This document shows positions 58,290 to 64,000 of a stretch of 64,000 nucleotides of DNA, piece by piece (the first letter of the stretch is position 1; the number at the start of each line of letters is the position of its first letter). The position numbers and the translations under genes were made by a program. The stretch lies in NCBI GenBank assembly GCA_028822585.1, contig JAPKDL010000001.1, positions 1,407 to 65,406 on the forward strand. Reading direction: 5' to 3'. This stretch comes from Alphaproteobacteria bacterium. GTDB taxonomy: Bacteria > Pseudomonadota > Alphaproteobacteria > UBA8366 > GCA-2717185. The notes under the pieces were generated by a model, which was not told where the DNA came from, did not search any database, and saw only the letters and a program-made list of their open reading frames with translations.

Positions 58290-59252
58290 TTATGTAAACG
58301 ACGCATCCACGCGCGCCATGATATCGGCGTTCAACGGACCTGCCGCTTCCGCGTTCAAGCAATCGGTCAGTTCCGCCCGGTTCTTTACCCCCAACACCAC
58401 CGTATCGACGCCATCCATTGTTAGCGCATATCGATGCGCCAATGCGGCGGCGGATTGGTTCAGCTCCTTCGCCAGAGTCCGAAATTTACTTGCGCGGTTA
58501 AAGTCGGCGACGACGCCGTGCCCGTCCGGCAACGCCCGATCCACCCCATCGGTGAATGCGCCGCCCTGTACCGCCCGAATTCCCATGACGCCGACATTCC
58601 TTGATTTTGCCGTTGCAATAATCTCGCGGGCGCGGGTTGGTCCCTCATAGTATTTCAGCTCGCCCACCGAGTTGAGCGGATTGGCGATACATTGGACGAC
58701 GCCCGGTTTCGGTGACTCCGCCAGGGCCAGGATGATTTCATCGGGAATGCCAATTCCGGTAAGGCCCCAGGCGCCTATCCGACCTTGCGCCACAAGATTT
58801 TCACAAGCCGGGCGAAATTGTTTTTCGTAAAGAGACCAGATTGTCGCGGGACGCTCAGCATATGCGCTAGCGTCGTAATCGTCCGGGATAATGTTGGAAT
58901 GCAGCAGGAATACATCGACGCGCTCCAAGCGCATCCGCGCCAGGCTCTCGTCCAAGCTTTTGGTCAACGTTGCTTCGACCGCACCGGGCGCGGGCGATCC
59001 CAAGCGGCATTTAGTGGTGATGTGGACATCATCGGGTAATTTTCCGTCAAACGCGGCGCCAATAACCCGCTCGGCCTCTCCCTGCCCGTAGGATGGTGCC
59101 ATATCGAGCAAGGTCACGCCGCCATCCACCGCCGCACGAGCCGTGGCAATGCATTCATCGCGCGTCGTGTCACCCCAAAGTTGCCCAATTCCGCCACCGC
59201 CAAGCGTCAGGGCGCTGACCAGCCACAAATCGCCAAGGTGTCGTGTCCGCAT
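58290..59252 (-). CDS. Aldo/keto reductase
   Basis: LDMAPSYGQGEAERVIG, and the HSNIIPD and GVMGIRAVQGG patterns of the AKR family. 320 aa. Confidence 0.85.
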   Translation of the reverse strand: MRTRHLGDLWLVSALTLGGGGIGQLWGDTTRDECIATARAAVDGGVTLLDMAPSYGQGEAERVIGAAFDGKLPDDVHITTKCRLGSPAPGAVEATLTKSLDESLARMRLERVDVFLLHSNIIPDDYDASAYAERPATIWSLYEKQFRPACENLVAQGRIGAWGLTGIGIPDEIILALAESPKPGVVQCIANPLNSVGELKYYEGPTRAREIIATAKSRNVGVMGIRAVQGGAFTDGVDRALPDGHGVVADFNRASKFRTLAKELNQSAAALAHRYALTMDGVDTVVLGVKNRAELTDCLNAEAAGPLNADIMARVDASFT

Positions 59253-59774
59253 ACTTAAATCACCTTTATTTTCCTTGTAATTCGACTTGTCAGAAAATTA
59301 TTTCTACCGCAGTTGGTAAAAGCCCCCGAAATAGTTTCCAATGCCGAGGGACAGTTTGCAATTAACTAATTTTAACTACGACAATATCCGACAGATTTAA
59401 GTGGCGATAGCATCAATGAAAGTTAGCCGATTGCTGGTACGTGACCCCCGCTCGTGAATTCACGCGGGCGCTGCGTTGCAATCATCAACCGGCAAGAGAT
59501 GAACGGTGAAACGAGGGCTTACCATTGCGGCGGCTGCGACTTGCATGACCGTGCCGGGCGCATTTTTCGTCAATGCGTTGGAAGATTTTCTACGTAAATC
59601 ATTAACAGTTATCGTTGGTTCCGGCGCCGATGGCGGGTGTATCAGACGCTGCGGCGGAATTAGAACGCGCCCCACGCAACCGCCCTGCGACAAACCAACG
59701 TGGATTGCACAGAGCCGTAACGGCACAGCATCCTCTCGTTCAGAAGAGATAGCGCTAATTTAAAGCAGCGCCTC

Positions 59775-60968
59775 TTAGCGAACGAAGATGTGAACCTCGT
59801 TGGATTCAGAATCCGGGCTGGCCGACGATGACAACTTCACCCGATTGGGCGGTAACCCCATATCCGCAAGCGCGCGTAAGACGCCTTCCGCGTCACGTTT
59901 CGCCTGTGTGCCGCTCAAGGCGACCTGTGCAGCGCTGCCTCGTTGCGGGCTGACCGCCAGAATATCAAACGACGCGGTCGGTTTGCGTTCCAGCGCGCGG
60001 CTGACCGCGTTGTACAGCGACTGTTGATAGTTCACGTTGGGCCGGTCAAACCGAATGATCACCAAAGCCCGGTCCCCAGCGCGAGGGCCCGTGGATTGCG
60101 CGGCGGTGCTGGCCAAGGCCTGGCTTTGCGCAAACGCCCGGTTCACCAAGCTTGTGCCATATAGTTCGCCATTCTTCACCGCTAACGACATGGTCGTCAT
60201 ATTGCGGCGTTCGTTGCCGACATAGGTGCTTTGACGCGAAATATCCTCGCTTAATTCGTTCAATAGCCGGTCGATTAGCACAATTGTACGGTTTGCCTCG
60301 TCTTCTAGAAGACGCAATTGCCTATGATCTTCGTCAACCGCGCCGCTCAGCGCGAAGGTCGCGCGAACGCTATCCAACAGCCACGCCGCCAACCCGGCTT
60401 CTCCCGCCGAATCATTCGACAAGGTGTCCATTCGGTTGAGGCTTTCCGCGATGGCTTCGAGACGTTGTTGCGCTTCGTTCCATTTCTTGACTATAACGGG
60501 ATTGCCGGGCGTCGTACCCACCTGCAATCGACCGTTCATGTCCGCGACCAGAACGTGATAATTTTGCGATGCCGCCGCATTTTCGCTGGAGATGACCCCC
60601 ATGCGTTGGTTCAAGGCGGCGACGGCAGTCTGCAATTTGCGGAGGTCCGTGTGCATTTGCCCGACCTTCTTGCCGACAAACGTCCCTGTAGTTTTAAACG
60701 ACTCAAGCGCCGGTCCCGCGGCAATGGCCGAAGCGACTGGCGCGACGCGCGCGGTTGGCATCCCCGCGGCCTTCGGTTCGGGAATATTGATCCGCAAGGG
60801 TTTCCGCACCGGCGCAGGCGCTTGTGCGCGCGGCGCTGATGGCGCAGCACCAGACAAACTTGGCCACAAGGCGTCATCTGCAGTTTCACAACCAGCAAGC
60901 CCTACTGTGGCGCCAATTATCACTGTGTGTATCCAACTAAACTTCATACGAATACTTTGCCCCGTCAT
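59775..60968 (-). CDS. Hypothetical lipoprotein with coiled-coil-like middle region
   Basis: Lipobox in MKFSWIHTVIIGATVGLAGC; the start is ATG 60968 or 60947. Pro/Ala-rich linker. No catalytic motif. The C-terminal end (GVLRALADMGLPPNRVKL...EVHIFVR) is faintly OmpA-C-like. Confidence 0.6.
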   Translation of the reverse strand: MTGQSIRMKFSWIHTVIIGATVGLAGCETADDALWPSLSGAAPSAPRAQAPAPVRKPLRINIPEPKAAGMPTARVAPVASAIAAGPALESFKTTGTFVGKKVGQMHTDLRKLQTAVAALNQRMGVISSENAAASQNYHVLVADMNGRLQVGTTPGNPVIVKKWNEAQQRLEAIAESLNRMDTLSNDSAGEAGLAAWLLDSVRATFALSGAVDEDHRQLRLLEDEANRTIVLIDRLLNELSEDISRQSTYVGNERRNMTTMSLAVKNGELYGTSLVNRAFAQSQALASTAAQSTGPRAGDRALVIIRFDRPNVNYQQSLYNAVSRALERKPTASFDILAVSPQRGSAAQVALSGTQAKRDAEGVLRALADMGLPPNRVKLSSSASPDSESNEVHIFVR

Positions 60969-61201
60969 AAATTATTGAGCGAATAAATTATATGCACGCG
61001 ATACATTAGCCCATATTCGCGCATTTCCCCCAAGTATTCTTTTGTGGGATAATAATGTAGGCCTCGGTAACCGACAAGCGACATTTCAATAAACTACGAC
61101 AATATCAGAATCTAACGTTTTGGGGCTTGCGGCGGTGCCCCTCTTTGAGTAGGTTCTGCCACCTAAATTACGCGGATCGCTCAATAACGCGAACCCGCCA
61201 C

Positions 61202-61278
61202 GCGCCCGTAGCTCAATTGGATAGAGCGTCTGACTACGGATCAGGAGGTTGGGGATTCGAGTTCTCCCGGGCGCACCA
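61202..61278 (+). tRNA. tRNA-Arg (anticodon ACG)
   Basis: GCGCCCGTAGCTCAATTGGATAGAGCGTCTGACTACGGATCAGGAGGTTGGGGATTCGAGTTCTCCCGGGCGCACCA. Acceptor GCGCCCG/CGGGCGC, anticodon loop CTACGGA, encoded CCA. Confidence 0.9.
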
Positions 61279-61391
61279 CTACTTTCAATGACTTAGATGA
61301 TTTCCCCCGGCCAATTATTATTTCTAATAAGGGTATAATAAGGTTTTTCGGGGATTTTGTTCGTTGGCCGCTATAGTTGGACCGCTGCCGT

Positions 61392-61406
61392 CGCACCACC
61401 ACTTTC
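61392..61406 (+). repeat. Imperfect direct repeat of the tRNA-Arg(ACG) 3' end (att-like scar)
   Basis: CGCACCACCACTTTC here versus CGCACCACTACTTTC at 61272-61286, which spans the tRNA 3' end and the flank. 14 of 15 nt are identical and the copies start 120 bp apart. Confidence 0.4.
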
Positions 61407-62094
61407 CCACCAAGCGCCGTATTGTAGTGGCGACAGATATTTAAGGCCATTTAAAGGGCTGCGCACGCCGGTTAATTGCCTAATGCTGCATGGCTGGGTT
61501 TGCTCTCAAGATCACCACTGCAGAGTAAATCGACACAAACTTGGCTGCCAGCCTCACTCTGCCAGGCAAGCCGGTCAGGTCCCTTCGGGCCAAACCCAAA
61601 CCATGCCCTGATACGGTGATCGATGGCGGCACCTCAAAGTGCCCCGCCATCGACAGAAGCGGTCCAAGGACAGTCTTCCGCTCAAATGATGCTGGGGACA
61701 GTGCATCGGGGGCCAAGGACTAATTTTTATTTGATGATGGCGCTGGCGGCTGATGACGACTTCAGATCATCTGATCTACTGGGCACCGTTCACGATCGTT
61801 GGCGAGGGTGCTGTATCCCGCTGAAAATTGGGCCCTGAAATTATTTACAAAATAATTACACCCCGAGGGAATAAACCAGCGGCTCAACCGTCTCCTTTAC
61901 AGAGCAACAACGCTCTTCGGGGGGGATAATTTCTCCGGCATGCTCATTTTCCTAATAGAGATAGTTATGTTGGCTGGGTGCCATAAAGACAATTCTCGAT
62001 GTAGGCCCGGATATAATTAAAAACGCTGGCTGCGTAATAAGCCCCGCGATAGTTTGTGGAAAATTTCGAGTCGGATAACTAGGAAATCAATTTT

Positions 62095-62964
62095 ATGAAC
62101 GAAAAAAAGCAACGTGTCCTTCGGCCTCGCCGTAGCTTCATTTTCTCTCCTGGTCTCAACCCGGGAATGTTTCCCAAAGCGCTGTCTTCGGGGGCAGATA
62201 TCGTCTGTGTCGAATTGGAGGATGGTATCGCGCCCAAGGACAAAGAGGCCGCCCGGCGTAACACTATGGGCCTGTTCGCTGAACCGCAGGCGGATGATGG
62301 GGTTGAACGAATCGTCCGGATCAACTGCTTGCGTGAAGCCTTCGGCTTGGCCGACGTTCAGGCGGTGTTGTCAACCGATACACCGCCACCAGCCATAATG
62401 TTGCCAAAAGTTAAATCACCAGACGAAATTGTCTGGTTGGACAATTTATTGAGTGAACGCGGCCATGAGACCCGGCTTCACGTTATTATTGAAACAAATG
62501 CGGCGTTAGAGGCGGTACACGATATTGCGCGGGCTAGCCCGCGGATCGATGCGCTGTTCTTCGGTGGTGTTGATATGGCTGCGGAGCTCAGGTGTAAGAA
62601 CGCATGGGAGCCGTTACTTTATGCGCGGTCGCGGGTTGCGCATGCGGCAGCCAGCGAAGGGTTGGACGCGATCGATGTTCCTTACCTCGATCTGGAAGAT
62701 TCCGATGGAATGCGGCGCGAGGCGGAGTTGGTCCGCGATTTGGGATTTAGCGGTAAAGGTTCCATTCATCCAAAGCAGATCGCGATCCTGAACGACGTCT
62801 TCACACCCGACGCTGCCACTATCGCCTACGCCCAACGTATCCTAAGGGCGTTTGAGGAAGCAGACACCGGTCTGGTGGTGGTCGACGGCAAGCTGATTGA
62901 AAAACCGGTTCTGCGCGAAATGCGGCGGATACTCTCGATCGCCGGGCGCATCAATCAAATTTGA
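62095..62964 (+). CDS. HpcH/HpaI aldolase - citrate lyase beta (CitE)-like acyl-CoA lyase
   Basis: RPRRSFIFSPG..., DIVCVELEDGIAPKDK, and the FSGKGSIHPKQI motifs typical of CitE/malyl-CoA-lyase-like enzymes. Confidence 0.85.
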   Translation: MNEKKQRVLRPRRSFIFSPGLNPGMFPKALSSGADIVCVELEDGIAPKDKEAARRNTMGLFAEPQADDGVERIVRINCLREAFGLADVQAVLSTDTPPPAIMLPKVKSPDEIVWLDNLLSERGHETRLHVIIETNAALEAVHDIARASPRIDALFFGGVDMAAELRCKNAWEPLLYARSRVAHAAASEGLDAIDVPYLDLEDSDGMRREAELVRDLGFSGKGSIHPKQIAILNDVFTPDAATIAYAQRILRAFEEADTGLVVVDGKLIEKPVLREMRRILSIAGRINQI

Positions 62965-63450
62965 TTGGTTGGAAAACACTTTTCCGACCAATAACTAACA
63001 TCGCTTAAATCAGATTGCTTTGTGATTTATGGAGCAAATCCAGGATTTACCGGACATTTGTGATAGGCTGCTTTTGGCCACAAGCCGCTGTCCGGGTGGT
63101 TACCCATTCACGTCCGGTATTTTATGAAGGCTCTCGGAGGCCTCCATTCGAACCTGTTTCGTGGATGGTTATTGTTGCAATCCTCAAACCACCGGTGAAG
63201 CGCCTTCCGTGCAGTATCCACGTCAGGCAGTGGGTAGATTCGAAAATAAACGCGTTTGATCGTTTAGACAAAGCTCTACGTAATGCCGTTGGATTGAGGG
63301 CTGGCGACTGGTGTGAAGGAGGGGAGTAAGTTTAATCCCAAGACGGAGCGTCTTGTTACCAGGGCGGTATAGCAACTACTGGTCCTCCCCCCGAAAAGTG
63401 GTCCACCGGTATCGTTAGAAAATAGAGAATCGGAGACGCCAAACAAATGC

Positions 63451-63619
63451 CTGAAACCAGAAGAAATAATAGTGAAGCTACGGCAGGTTGATGTGCTTGT
63501 CGGCCAAGGAATAACTGATCAAAGGGATTGGTGTAGGCAAGCAAACGTACTACCGCCGGCGCAAGCCGTATGGCGGCATGAATGAACTAGGTATCCTGTG
63601 CTTTTGCTTGGGAGGATAG
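63451..63619 (+). mobile_element. IS3-family transposase OrfA (HTH) remnant, frameshifted and truncated
   Basis: KPEEIIVKLRQVDVLVGQG in one frame continues as IGVGKQTYYRRRKPYGGMNE in the next. This matches the conserved PEEII.KLR...GIS.QTYYRWR..YGGM text of IS3-type OrfA. No OrfB follows. Confidence 0.5.
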
Positions 63620-63634
63620 GTCTCGGTTCGGGCG

Positions 63635-64000
63635 CTAAGCTGCCGTATGGAACAGCGCCTGTCTCTTAATTTTATACCCGTTGATCGCCGCCTTGCCGTT
63701 CTCCGACAGCAGCCAATCAATGAATATTTGACCTAGCCTTGTCTTCACGTGGGGATGTTTGGTTTCCGAAACCAGCAACACCCCATAGTCATTGCGTAAT
63801 CGCGGATCACCCTCTACCAACGCGATCATGTTTTGTTTGTTGGCGAAGCTCAGCCAGGTGCCGCGATCGCTCAACGTATAGGCACCCATCGCGGCGCTTG
63901 TGTTCAAGGTTGTGCCCATGCCCGACCCGGTTTCGCGATACCATGCGCCTGAATATGCGGTCGGGTCGACGCCTGCGGACGCCCATAGCCCGCGTTCTCG
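63635..64000 (-). CDS. Periplasmic substrate-binding protein (TupA/tungstate-molybdate-type PBP), C-terminal part; 5' end outside window
   Basis: The frame is open from base 64000. The text reads ...WYRETGSGMGTTLNTSAAMGAYTLSDRGTWLSF...LVEGDPRLRNDYGVLLV...IDWLLSENGKAAINGY. Confidence 0.7.
   Translation of the reverse strand, partial: RERGLWASAGVDPTAYSGAWYRETGSGMGTTLNTSAAMGAYTLSDRGTWLSFANKQNMIALVEGDPRLRNDYGVLLVSETKHPHVKTRLGQIFIDWLLSENGKAAINGYKIKRQALFHTAA

Noticed and set aside
59374-61106. Exact 15-mer AACTACGACAATATC present at 59374-59388 and 61092-61106, each ~125-145 nt upstream of a minus-strand gene start.
   Set aside because: For 64 kb, on the order of one to a few exact 15-mer coincidences are expected by chance (about N squared over 2, divided by 4 to the 15th). 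Both copies lie in AT-rich spacers. No promoter-like -35/-10 could be aligned consistently. It is worth a genome-wide motif count but is not supported as a regulatory site.
1-64000. CRISPR arrays, rRNA, an intact prophage, integrase or transposase, toxin-antitoxin pairs, or known defence islands.
   Set aside because: No regularly spaced direct repeats were seen. No cas-like, integrase-length or transposase-length intact ORFs were seen, and no TA-like small gene pairs. Only relics are present, and they are reported above.

Overview
The window looks like a moderately GC-rich alphaproteobacterial chromosome segment. That assignment is inferred from gene content and synteny: TPR-ispE, rpoH, carD, chorismate mutase-hisC-tyrC and metXW. 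Housekeeping blocks alternate with accessory DNA. I can support about 55 intact protein genes, three complete tRNA genes (Gln-UUG, Arg-CCU, Arg-ACG) and one intrinsic terminator. The window also holds an unusually large number of decayed genes. The accessory content is a 4.3-kb islet between two convergent tRNAs, a GldA/F/G-like ABC system, a membrane/2Fe-2S/class III nucleotide cyclase and a CoxD/CoxE-like MoxR-VWA pair. There is also a ~13-kb block (36.8-49.4 kb) of CoA-ligase, CoA-transferase, dioxygenase and amidohydrolase genes with no obvious substrate. I found no CRISPR array, no rRNA, no intact transposon, prophage or integrase, and no recognisable defence system. The most notable observations are three. 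First, a complete tRNA-Arg(CCU) sits ~200 nt of AT-rich DNA downstream of an orphan 5' half of a different tRNA-Arg(CCU) broken at the anticodon loop, next to a degraded MT-A70-like methyltransferase. Second, at least ten genes are inactivated by in-frame stops or frameshifts, including a LysR regulator and its divergent DUF4242-like neighbour, both with in-frame TGA. Third, a perfect 25-bp palindrome lies upstream of a metallophosphoesterase gene. All family names come from reading motifs in the translations, not from database searches. No clearly novel multi-gene system is evident; the orphan catabolic block is the best candidate for undescribed biochemistry.
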